A DNA stretch of 42,684 bases from Oscillospiraceae bacterium (GCA_963614405.1 CAVEDI010000056.1:1-42684); one strand, 5' to 3'. Positions 27,649-36,284 are shown, counted from the first letter of the stretch. A program made the numbers and translations. Notes: generated by a model from the letters alone, not told the origin.

Positions 27649-28527
27649 GTGTACGATCGACGACTCGAGGCCATATCGGCCGCTGCGGAGCTGGGAAGCT
27701 TCTCGCGCGCCGCGGCAAAGCTGCGCGTGTCGACGCCGGCACTCGTCAAGCAGGTATCGGGTTTTGAGGCGGAGTTCGGTATTACGCTGTTCGAACGCTC
27801 GCACTCGGGCGTCAAGGTGACGCCGGCAGGCGCTCTGCTGGTGGACGACGCGCGCTCGATCATGCGGCAGTCCGAGGACGCGCTGCGCCGTGCCCGACGT
27901 GCGGCGGGCGATGGCGGTGCCGTGCGCCTGGGCGTGTCGATGATGTGCCCGGGGCGCCAAACGCTGTCGATGTGGCCGGGTGTGCACGAGCTGGAGCCGT
28001 CGCTGCGCTTTGAGATTGTGCCGGTGAGTGACCTTTATGATGAGCGCGAGACTGTCATGCGAAGCCTAGGTCGCGAGGTCGATGTGGTGCAGTCGAGCTT
28101 TTCGACCCCACGCTGGGGCGACGCCTGCCAAAAGCTTCGCATCGTTAACGTGCCGTTTTATATCGACCTGCCGCGCACGAGCCCGCTGGCGCGCAAGACG
28201 CGCATCACAGTTGCCGACTTAGAGGGCATGCGCCTGCGCGTGCTCCGCCACGGCAACGACGCTATGGACAGTCTGCGTATCGACCTTTTGGCCGACGGCG
28301 GCGTGGACGTGATCGATGTGGATAGCTTCGACTTTGCGCTCTTTAACGAGGCGGAGGAAAAGGGCGACGCGGTGCTCACCTGCGGGGCGTGGTCGGGGGT
28401 GCACCCGGCCTTTGTGGGCGTGCCGTTCCTATGCGGTCGCGAGGTGCCAGTCTTTCTGCACTACCCGCTCGAGCCCACCCTCCAAGTACAAAAATTCGTC
28501 AACGCCATGGCCCAACTCCTCAACTAG
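27649..28527 (+). CDS. LysR family transcriptional regulator
   Basis: GSFSRAAAKL.VSTPAL.KQV..FE.EFG..LFER....V.VTPAG HTH. GTG 27649 after AGGAG. Divergent from the SDR operon. Confidence 0.93.
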   Translation: MYDRRLEAISAAAELGSFSRAAAKLRVSTPALVKQVSGFEAEFGITLFERSHSGVKVTPAGALLVDDARSIMRQSEDALRRARRAAGDGGAVRLGVSMMCPGRQTLSMWPGVHELEPSLRFEIVPVSDLYDERETVMRSLGREVDVVQSSFSTPRWGDACQKLRIVNVPFYIDLPRTSPLARKTRITVADLEGMRLRVLRHGNDAMDSLRIDLLADGGVDVIDVDSFDFALFNEAEEKGDAVLTCGAWSGVHPAFVGVPFLCGREVPVFLHYPLEPTLQVQKFVNAMAQLLN

Positions 28528-28543
28528 CTCATTTGGGACGGGT

Positions 28544-29632
28544 TTAGCGGTCCTCGCGTTGCGGGTCGGCTGTCTCGGCTGCCTTTACGCGGTTCTTATC
28601 GACGTACATGTTTTTGTCGGCCTGAGAAAAGAGCTCACGCATCGTGGGCGGTTCATCAAAATCACTGGAAAGCGCATAGCCCACCGCGTAGCTGATGGGC
28701 ATATCGGGGTGGACTTCGGAATACTCGTTCACGTTCGCGCGAATCCGAGCGAGACAAGATTCCACAGCGGCTCGGTCGGCATCCCGCAGTACCGCGATAA
28801 ACTCATCGCCGCCGTCGCGGCCCACAAAGCAGGTCTCCGACGCCACGCGCCCCAGCTGCTGGGCAAAAGAACGGATGTATTCGTCGCCCTTCTCGTGGCC
28901 GAAGCTGTTATTGACCGTATGCAGATTGTTAAGGTCGAAGACGCACACCGCAACGGGCGCCTCCGCGGAGACAGGCTGCTCCTGCCCCAAGACCTCCTCG
29001 CACTTGTTCTTGTTGGGCAGTCCTGTGGCTTCGTCGAGATAGACTTTACTCTGCAGTTCGCGATTGAGCGCGGCAGTGCGCACCGCGCGAACAAGTTCGA
29101 CCGCAAAGGGCGCCACCAAGCCCACGATGTCGATGATCACCAAGCCCTCGAGATAGTTGAGCGCCGACGCCTTCTCCTGAGAGTAGTCCTCTGCGAGTCG
29201 TGTGGCATCGTCACAAATACCAAAGAACTCCTCGCTCATCGCGATGATATCGGTGTTCTCGTAGCCGACTTCGCGCACACGGGCAATCTCGGCGCAAAGC
29301 TCATCAAAATAATTTGCAAGCTCGGTCATCTTTGCCTGATACTCGTCGTCGAGACGGACGAGGTTGAGGTCGTCACTTCCGTAACGCAAACCGTTGATGT
29401 ATGAATCCACGGCTTTGAGCAGGTCATCTTGAGGCAGGCCCGCGTCCTCGAGCTTAACGATTCGCTGCGTGGTACCGCGCACCAGACCGGCGTAGTTGAC
29501 CACGCGCGCCGTGCCCTGGATATCGGAGACGAGCAGCATAACATTAATGAAGAAGAAGATGAGAACTGCCGTGAGCACCATCATGAGCAGGCGCACCGCC
29601 TGGCTGGCCTTCTTGGCGACAGAAGTATTCAC
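28544..29632 (-). CDS. Membrane diguanylate cyclase (GGDEF) with NarX/PilJ-like extracytoplasmic sensor
   Basis: Two TM segments, ARVVNYAGLVRG.TQR, DEATGLPN, FDLNNL..VNNSFGH..GD, RDGGDEF, ADKNMY..K. Confidence 0.9.
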   Translation of the reverse strand: MNTSVAKKASQAVRLLMMVLTAVLIFFFINVMLLVSDIQGTARVVNYAGLVRGTTQRIVKLEDAGLPQDDLLKAVDSYINGLRYGSDDLNLVRLDDEYQAKMTELANYFDELCAEIARVREVGYENTDIIAMSEEFFGICDDATRLAEDYSQEKASALNYLEGLVIIDIVGLVAPFAVELVRAVRTAALNRELQSKVYLDEATGLPNKNKCEEVLGQEQPVSAEAPVAVCVFDLNNLHTVNNSFGHEKGDEYIRSFAQQLGRVASETCFVGRDGGDEFIAVLRDADRAAVESCLARIRANVNEYSEVHPDMPISYAVGYALSSDFDEPPTMRELFSQADKNMYVDKNRVKAAETADPQREDR

Positions 29633-29823
29633 AAGTTCACTCTCTCAAATGGCAAAAGCGCAGGTGGCACCCAGCGTGCTGAAATTCACGTGAGGTCAAC
29701 TCTACCATATGGGCCAACAGCCTCAAACTGTAGCAGACGCTCGTCCAAATTGGCGTGACGCTTGTCTTGTTGTTCTTGACCTGGTCGCGCTATCGAACAT
29801 GTTTCTGGTCTTGGATCACCATG

Positions 29824-29993
29824 GGAAAGCTCATCCCGTTTTGTGCGTCTAGAGTGGGATGCGGTTTCCCAAAGGTGCCGTTAGGGGAAACCACATCCCG
29901 GTTTATGCCCTTGAAATGGGATGCCGTTTCCCGGAGGGGGTCCAGCGGGAAACGGCATCCCATTTTGGGCCCGAAAAGTGGGATACGGTTTCC
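29824..29993. repeat. Array B: six 15-bp motifs (same family as array A) in alternating orientation, 31-bp period
   Basis: Units start at 29824(-), 29855(+), 29886(-), 29917(+), 29948(-), 29979(+). Confidence 0.92.
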
Positions 29994-30003
29994 GGCCGGC
30001 ATG

Positions 30004-30040
30004 AAAAAGCCTCCGCAGCTCGTGTGGCTGCGGAGGCTTT
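30004..30040 (-). terminator. Rho-independent terminator of the MarR-ABC operon
   Basis: AAAGCCTCCGCAGC/GCTGCGGAGGCTTT 14-bp stem with A/T runs. Confidence 0.8.
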
Positions 30041-30060
30041 ATTCGTTGCGGCGCATTGTG

Positions 30061-30164
30061 TTTGGGTCGTTGAGATGAGTCGATTTGCCCCGGAAGAGGA
30101 GGGCATTGACCTTAGGGTCATGCCCGACGAATGAGCGGCAAATCGGCCATCTCGGCGAGCCGAA
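30061..30164. repeat. ~105-nt stem-loop element, inverted homolog of 34620-34725
   Basis: Outer arms 30061-30089 and 30137-30164. Inner GGGCATTGACC/GGTCATGCCC. Confidence 0.8.
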
Positions 30165-32084
30165 CTACTCCAGCTCAAACGCTCCGGTGTAGAGCTGGTA
30201 GTAATACCCGCGCTTGGCGATCAGCTCGTCGTGGTTGCCGCGCTCGATGATGCGGCCGTGGTCCAGACAGATGATCGCGTCGGAGTTGCGCACGGTGGAC
30301 AGGCGGTGCGCGATGACAAACGTCGTGCGGCCTTCCATGAGCTTATCCATGCCCGCCTGCACGATGGCCTCGGTGCGGGTATCGATGCTCGACGTGGCCT
30401 CGTCCAGGATCATCGCCGGCGGATCGGCGACGGCGGCGCGTGCGATCGAGATCAGCTGGCGCTGGCCCTGCGACAGCTGTGCGCCGTTGCCGGTGAGCAT
30501 GGTATCGTAGCCGTCGGGCAGGCGGGTGATAAAGTCGTCCGCGCCCGCGAGCTTTGCCGCCGCGATGCACTCCTCGTCGGTGGCATCCAGGTTGCCGTAG
30601 CGGATGTTATCCATCACAGTGCCGGTGAACAGGTTCACGTCCTGTAGCACGACGCCCAGCGAGCGGCGCAGGTCGGCCTTGCGGATCTTGTTGACGTTGA
30701 TGCCGTCGTAGCGGATCTTGCCGTCGGCGATGTCGTAGAAGCGGTTGATGAGGTTGGTGATGGTCGTCTTGCCCGCACCGGTGGCGCCGACAAACGCGAC
30801 CTTCTGGCCCGGCTTGGCAAACACGGACACGCCGTGCAACACCTCGTGGTCGGGCGTGTAGCCAAAGTCGACGTTGTCCATGACCAGGTCGCCGCGCAGC
30901 GGTACGTACTCGATCTCGCCGGTTGCGCGGTGCGGATGTTTCCATGCCCACATGCCGGTGTGGTGGTCGGCCTCCTCGAGCTGCCAGGTATCGGGGTTCA
31001 CCTGAGCGTTGACGAGCGTCACATAGCCTTCGTCGGCTTCGGGCTCCTCGTCGATGAGCTCAAAGATGCGGTCGGCGCCGGCGAGGCCCATGACCACGGC
31101 ATTGATCTGCTGCGAGATCTGGCCGATCTGTCCGCAGAACTGCTTGGTCATGTTGAGGAACGGCACCACGACGGCGATGGACAGCGCCATGCCCGAGATG
31201 CTCAGGTTGGGCACGCCCAGCGCCAGGAAAATGCCGCCTGCCAGTGCAACCAGCACGTAGAGCAAGTTGCCCAGGTTCATAAGGATGGGCATGAGGATGT
31301 TGGCGTACATGTTGGCCTTCTGCGAGACCTCGAAGAGCTTTTCGTTGCGCTCGTCAAAATCGGCCTCGGCGGCAGACTCGTGGCAGAATGCCTTGACGAC
31401 CTTCTGGCCGTTCATGACTTCCTCGATATGGCCCTCGACCACGCCGAGCTCGGTCTGCTGCGCAATAAAGAAACGCGCGGAGTTGGAGCCGAGCAGCTTG
31501 GTCATAAAGGTCATAAAGGCGACGCCTGCCACAATGACCAGGCACATCCAAACGCTGTAGTACAGCATGATAAAGAACACCGTGACGATGACGATGGTCG
31601 TCATGAGCAGGTTGGGCAGCGACTGGCTGATCATCTGGCGCAGCGTGTCGATGTCGTTGGTGTAGTGGCTCATGATGTCGCCGCGCTGGTGCGTGTCGAA
31701 GTGGCGAATCGGCAGGTCCTGCATACGGTTGAACATCTTCTCGCGCAGCTTCTCGAGCGAGCCCTGCGTGACGATGGCCATGGCGCGGTTCCAGAAGAGC
31801 GAAGACAGGATGCCGATGCCGTAGATGCAGGCGAGGGTGGTCACGAGCTGTGCGATCTTGGGCTGTGCGGTCGTCCAATCGCCCGACTGCCACGATTCGC
31901 TAATAATCTGCAGGGCGCTCTGAAGGAAGGTCGCGCCGATGGAGTTGATGATGGCGCAGAGTACCACGCCGACGACGACGAGGGGCAAAAGCACGGGGTA
32001 GAAGCCAAAGAGCGTCTTGATGAGGCGCGACATGGTGCCATCCTTGCGGTTGAGCGCGCGCTCGGCGGTCGTTGCCTTACTCAT
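30165..32084 (-). CDS. ABC exporter TMD-NBD subunit (consensus site)
   Basis: GATGAGKT, LSQGQ, ILDEATSSID, AHR. ATG 32084 overlaps the end of the upstream gene. Confidence 0.93.
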   Translation of the reverse strand: MSKATTAERALNRKDGTMSRLIKTLFGFYPVLLPLVVVGVVLCAIINSIGATFLQSALQIISESWQSGDWTTAQPKIAQLVTTLACIYGIGILSSLFWNRAMAIVTQGSLEKLREKMFNRMQDLPIRHFDTHQRGDIMSHYTNDIDTLRQMISQSLPNLLMTTIVIVTVFFIMLYYSVWMCLVIVAGVAFMTFMTKLLGSNSARFFIAQQTELGVVEGHIEEVMNGQKVVKAFCHESAAEADFDERNEKLFEVSQKANMYANILMPILMNLGNLLYVLVALAGGIFLALGVPNLSISGMALSIAVVVPFLNMTKQFCGQIGQISQQINAVVMGLAGADRIFELIDEEPEADEGYVTLVNAQVNPDTWQLEEADHHTGMWAWKHPHRATGEIEYVPLRGDLVMDNVDFGYTPDHEVLHGVSVFAKPGQKVAFVGATGAGKTTITNLINRFYDIADGKIRYDGINVNKIRKADLRRSLGVVLQDVNLFTGTVMDNIRYGNLDATDEECIAAAKLAGADDFITRLPDGYDTMLTGNGAQLSQGQRQLISIARAAVADPPAMILDEATSSIDTRTEAIVQAGMDKLMEGRTTFVIAHRLSTVRNSDAIICLDHGRIIERGNHDELIAKRGYYYQLYTGAFELE

Positions 32085-33891
32085 GTGCCTCGCCTCCTTC
32101 CTGGGTCTGAGCTTGCGTTGCGGATGCCTCGGTGTCGGCCTCGACGGCCCCTTCGCCCTCGGCAGACATCTTGTTTTGCGAGGTAAAGGTCTCGCGGTAG
32201 ATCTCGCTCGTCTTGAGCAACTCGTCATGGTTGCCGATCTGCGCGATACGGCCACCCTCCATGACGATGATGCGGTCTGCGTCCTGCACGGAGCTGATGC
32301 GCTGGGCGATGATGAGCTTGGTCGTGTTGGGCAGATAGCTTGCCAACCCTGCGCGAATCTTGGCGTCGGTCTTGGTGTCGACGGCGCTGGTGGAGTCGTC
32401 CAGGATTAAGATCTTGGGGCGACGCAGCAGGGCACGCGCAATGCACAGGCGCTGCTTCTGACCGCCGGAAACATTGGAGCCGCCCTGTTCGATCCAGGTG
32501 TCATAGCCCTTGGGGAAGCCATCGACAAACTCATCGGCGCAGGCCAGATGTGCCGCCTCGCGGACTTCCTCGTCGGTGGCGTTCGGGTCGCCCCAGCGCA
32601 GGTTCTCGGCAATGGTGCCGCTAAACAGCACGTTTTTCTGTAGCACCATGGCCACTTGGTGGCGCAGGGCGTCCAGGTCGTAGTCGCGCACATCCACGCC
32701 GCCCACGCGCACGGTGCCTTCGGTGGCGTCGTACAGACGGGCGATGAGGTTTACAAGCGTGGACTTGGCCGAGCCGGTACCGCCGATGATGCCGATGGTC
32801 TCGCCGCTCTTAATGTGCAGGTCGATATCGTCGAGCGCCTGGCGCTTCGCATGCGCGGAATACTTAAAGCTCACGTGGTCAAAGTCGATGGAGCCGTCGG
32901 CGACCTCGAGCACGGGCTCGGCGGGATTGGCGATCGTGGGCTCGGCGGCCAGCACCTCGGTAATGCGGTGCGCCGATTCGTCGGCCATGGTCACCATGAC
33001 AAAGATCATCGATAGCTGCATCAGGCTCATGAGGATTTGGAAGCCATAGGTAAAGATCGAGGAGAGCTGGCCCACGTCGAACAGCGTGCCCTGGCTCGTG
33101 ATGATGAGCTTGGAGCCCAGGTAGATGATGACGACAAACGCGCCGTTGACGCAGATGTTCATCATGGGGTTGTTAAAGGCAAGCAGCTTCTCGGCGCGGG
33201 TGAAGTCCATCTGGACGTCGCGTGCGGCGGTCGCGAACTTCTCCTTCTCAAAGTCTTCGCGCACGTAGCTCTTGACCACGCGCATGCCGGTGACGTTTTC
33301 CTCGACGGACTCGTTAAGGGCGTCGTACTTGTGGAACACGCGCGAGAAGATGGGACGCACCTTAAAGATGATAAAGAACAGCCCAAAGCCCAGCAGCGGA
33401 ATGATGACCAGGTAGACCATGGCGACGCTGCCGCCCATGATAAATGCCATGGTAAAGGCGAAGATCAATACCAGCGGCGCGCGCACGGCGATACGGATGA
33501 TCATCATAAAGGCCTGCTGCACGTTGTTGATATCGGTGGTCAGGCGCGTGACGAGCGAGGAGCTCGAGAACTCATCGATGTTGGCAAAGCTGAACGTCTG
33601 GATCTTGTAGAACAGGTCGTGACGCAGGTTCTTAGCGAAGCCGCAACTCGCATGGCTGCAGGTGACGCCGGCAGCGGCGCCAAAAGCAAGCGACGTCAGC
33701 GCGATGAGCACCAAAAAACCCGCGGTGGGAAGCATCTCGGCTACGGTGGCGCCGTCTTTGATGGCGTCGATCAGGTTGGCAGTGATAAATGGAATCAGCA
33801 TCTCGCAGAGCACCTCGCCAAGCACGAGCAATGGCGTGGCAACAGTGACTTTCATATAGTCGCGGATGCTGCCCATGAGGGTTTTAATCAT
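32077..33891 (-). CDS. ABC exporter TMD-NBD subunit (degenerate site)
   Basis: GGTGSAKS, VSGGQ, ILDDSTSAVD, AQR. Confidence 0.93.
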   Translation of the reverse strand: MIKTLMGSIRDYMKVTVATPLLVLGEVLCEMLIPFITANLIDAIKDGATVAEMLPTAGFLVLIALTSLAFGAAAGVTCSHASCGFAKNLRHDLFYKIQTFSFANIDEFSSSSLVTRLTTDINNVQQAFMMIIRIAVRAPLVLIFAFTMAFIMGGSVAMVYLVIIPLLGFGLFFIIFKVRPIFSRVFHKYDALNESVEENVTGMRVVKSYVREDFEKEKFATAARDVQMDFTRAEKLLAFNNPMMNICVNGAFVVIIYLGSKLIITSQGTLFDVGQLSSIFTYGFQILMSLMQLSMIFVMVTMADESAHRITEVLAAEPTIANPAEPVLEVADGSIDFDHVSFKYSAHAKRQALDDIDLHIKSGETIGIIGGTGSAKSTLVNLIARLYDATEGTVRVGGVDVRDYDLDALRHQVAMVLQKNVLFSGTIAENLRWGDPNATDEEVREAAHLACADEFVDGFPKGYDTWIEQGGSNVSGGQKQRLCIARALLRRPKILILDDSTSAVDTKTDAKIRAGLASYLPNTTKLIIAQRISSVQDADRIIVMEGGRIAQIGNHDELLKTSEIYRETFTSQNKMSAEGEGAVEADTEASATQAQTQEGGEAHE

Positions 33892-34390
33892 CCAGTTCCT
33901 CCCAGGTTACACGGATTTTCTCGAGCATTTCGGCGAGCTGCTCGCGCTCGTCGTGGGTGAGGGCACTAAAGGCCTGCTCTCTAAAGCGAATGCGGGCTGC
34001 CTGGTCGATGCGGGCGTTTTCCCGGCCGGTTTCGGTCAGGCGAATGGTGAGCTGCCGTCGATCCTTGGGGTTACGGCTGCGCTCGATGAGGCCGTTGAGC
34101 TCGAGCTTGGACAGGATCTCGGAAAGCGACCCCGGCTTGAGGTCAAAGTGCATGCCGAGTTCCTGCTGCGACATCTCGCCGCCGGGTTGCTTGGCCAGCA
34201 GGCAGATGATGGGCGCCTTGCCGGACACGCCTCCGCCATGAAAATGCATGTAATGGCCGCAAAAGCCCAGGCCATTGAGGATGCGCTTGGCAAGCTTGTC
34301 TTCTGAGCTAACCGCTTCGGGTGCATCCGCCGGTTGTGACGGGTCGCCGTCGGGCTCGTGCGAACAAAGGTTAAGAGGTTCATCGCACAT
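33884..34390 (-). CDS. MarR family transcriptional regulator
   Basis: MSQQEL....LKPGSLSEILSKLE.NGLIER.RNPKDRRQL.IRLTETG winged helix. Overlaps the ABC gene start. Confidence 0.92.
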   Translation of the reverse strand: MCDEPLNLCSHEPDGDPSQPADAPEAVSSEDKLAKRILNGLGFCGHYMHFHGGGVSGKAPIICLLAKQPGGEMSQQELGMHFDLKPGSLSEILSKLELNGLIERSRNPKDRRQLTIRLTETGRENARIDQAARIRFREQAFSALTHDEREQLAEMLEKIRVTWEELDD

Positions 34391-34412
34391 GAATTAGTGT
34401 TGCTCCTTTCTT

Positions 34413-34445
34413 TAGTTAGGTAGTGGAATTGTTTTGTGCCTAACC
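34413..34445. promoter_or_regulatory. Candidate MarR operator
   Basis: GTTAGGTA ... TGCCTAAC dyad directly upstream of the marR RBS. Confidence 0.45.
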
Positions 34446-34489
34446 AATCTAGGAGCATGAGAAATGAATGTCAAGGTACCAAACTAGTG

Positions 34490-34725
34490 GTTACGCGGTT
34501 TTACCAAACCGCGTAACGGCTCGACGCTGCAAACCCGCCAGAGCGGCAATCTGCCTTTCAACTTCGGTGGCATGACCTTATAGTTACGGCGTTTTACCAA
34601 ACGCCGTAACCGGCCGACGCTGCAAACGCTCCTAAGCGGCAATCTGGCGTTCAATCGTCGGGCATGGCCACAAGGCCTATGCCCTCCTCTTTCACGCCAC
34701 CTTGCTCGCCTAGGAGCGTTTTCGC
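34490..34725. repeat. Diverged 93-bp tandem duplication with covarying hairpins, merging into a ~105-nt stem-loop
   Basis: GTTACGCGGTTT-tacc-AAACCGCGTAAC (34490) versus GTTACGGCGTTT-tacc-AAACGCCGTAAC (34583). Shared CGACGCTGCAAAC and AGCGGCAATCTG. Confidence 0.88.
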
Positions 34726-34766
34726 TGTCCGTCCTCAACCTGTGATTCCGGCACGGTCCGCTTCGG

Positions 34767-34822
34767 TAGTCGTTGGGGACGTTCTTGTTTGACTAGTCAT
34801 TTAAGAACGTCCCCAACGACTA
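34767..34822. repeat. GGGGAC-core REP-like hairpin, 20-bp perfect arms
   Basis: TAGTCGTTGGGGACGTTCTT ... AAGAACGTCCCCAACGACTA. The loop contains the palindrome TGACTAGTCA. Confidence 0.85.
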
Positions 34823-34953
34823 ACTTCCTTCCCGTAACCTTTCCGCAACAATTCGACCTCCACGGCACCAGCGTCCGCCTGCCGTGCTCCCTGCGCTACA
34901 CTTAGTCGCACTATGGCGCCGTCGCGCCGCGCCCGACCCAAGGGGGGACACTC

Positions 34954-35778
34954 ATGAAGAACACTCAGCTGCTGCTGATCAACGATATGTGCGGCTACGG
35001 CAAGGTCGCGCTTTCCGCCATGCTGCCGGTGCTGTCGCACATGGGTTACCGTATCCACAATCTGCCGACGGCACTTGTGTCCGATACGCTCAACTATCCC
35101 AAGTTCTACATCCACGACACCACGGAGTACGTGCGCCAAAGCCTCGCCATCTGGGAGGAGCTCGGCTTTGAGTTCGACGCCATTTCGACCGGCTTTATCG
35201 TGACCGAGGAAGAGACGCGCATCATTTCGGACTTCTGCCACCGTCGCGCGCAAAAGGGTACCAAGGTGTTCGTCGACCCCATCATGGGCGACAACGGCAA
35301 GCTCTATGCCGGCGTGCCCGAGTCCACGATCGGTCTCATGCGCAGCCTGCTCGAGTGCGCCGACTATGCGGTGCCAAACTACACCGAGGCCTGCCTGCTC
35401 ACCGATACGCCCATTGCCGAGCAAATCACGCCCGATGAGGGCCGCGCTCTTGTGGATGCCGTGCGTGTCCTGGGCGCCAAGTCGGTGGTCATTACGAGCG
35501 CTGTGGTCGACGGTGCGAATGTCGTCATCGGTTACGACCATGTGGCGGGGGAGTACTTCACGATTCCCTTCGAGCTGATTCCGGTCTACTTTCCGGGCAC
35601 GGGCGACACGTTCTCGGCGGTGCTTGTCGGCCGCGTTATGGCCGGTTGGAGCCTGCAGCGCGCGACGAGCGATGCCATGCGTGTGGTAGCGGAGCTCATC
35701 GAGCGCAATGCCGACCAGGAGGATAAGTCCGCCGGCCTTCCCATCGAGGCCTGCCTGGATGTGATTGACCATGAGTAA
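34954..35778 (+). CDS. pdxK: Pyridoxal/pyridoxamine kinase (ribokinase family)
   Basis: INDMCGYGKVAL, LPTALVS, DAISTGF, VDPIMGDNGKLY, PNYTEA, FPGTGDTF. Confidence 0.88.
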   Translation: MKNTQLLLINDMCGYGKVALSAMLPVLSHMGYRIHNLPTALVSDTLNYPKFYIHDTTEYVRQSLAIWEELGFEFDAISTGFIVTEEETRIISDFCHRRAQKGTKVFVDPIMGDNGKLYAGVPESTIGLMRSLLECADYAVPNYTEACLLTDTPIAEQITPDEGRALVDAVRVLGAKSVVITSAVVDGANVVIGYDHVAGEYFTIPFELIPVYFPGTGDTFSAVLVGRVMAGWSLQRATSDAMRVVAELIERNADQEDKSAGLPIEACLDVIDHE

Positions 35779-36100
35779 CGCCGACGAGAGCAGCACCGAG
35801 GCGGCGGGCGAGAACAAGCCGCTCGGTGCCCCGCGCGGCAGGCGCCCACGTATTCGCATTAGCTGCGTGGACCAGCTGGGCACATGCCGCTGCCATCACG
35901 GGCACAAGCCGGGTGACGTCTTCGACTTCGACCGAGACCGCGGCAAGATGTGCGCCATGGCCTGCCATGTGGGCTTTCCCTATATCGATATTCTGCGCTA
36001 TGGCGGAACCGTGCCTGGCAACGAGCCCGGTACGGCAAAGTTCTGCTGCCCCGAGGTCGATACGCTGAACGTCTGGCTTGCCGAGATCGTTGACGAGTAG
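35771..36100 (+). CDS. Small Cys-rich conserved protein (TIGR04076-like)
   Basis: C.CHHGHKPGDVF, MC.MA, FCCP pattern. Start overlaps the end of pdxK. Confidence 0.75.
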   Translation: MSNADESSTEAAGENKPLGAPRGRRPRIRISCVDQLGTCRCHHGHKPGDVFDFDRDRGKMCAMACHVGFPYIDILRYGGTVPGNEPGTAKFCCPEVDTLNVWLAEIVDE

Positions 36101-36108
36101 TCGAGCGC

Positions 36109-36142
36109 AATGTGACAAAGGGACAGTCCCTTTGTCACATTC
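36109..36142. repeat. Palindromic REP-like element, copy 3
   Basis: AATGTGACAAAGGGACAGTCCCTTTGTCACATTC, 8 nt after the stop codon. Confidence 0.92.
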
Positions 36143-36168
36143 GCCGGTGGCGTTCCTTCTTTTTTGCC

Positions 36169-36260
36169 TATAATCTCAAATCTCTGCATTTCATCCGATT
36201 TTAGGTTCTAAAAATTCTGCGTTTCATCGATAATCAAGCGTATAAAACTTTGCATTTCAT
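36169..36260 (+). promoter_or_regulatory. TATAAT followed by three direct repeats AAAWYTYTGCRTTTCAT at a 33-bp period
   Basis: TGCRTTTCAT cores at 36185, 36218 and 36251. TATAAT at 36169. Confidence 0.8.
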
Positions 36261-36284
36261 TTGATGACACTGAGGGGAGAGCCT

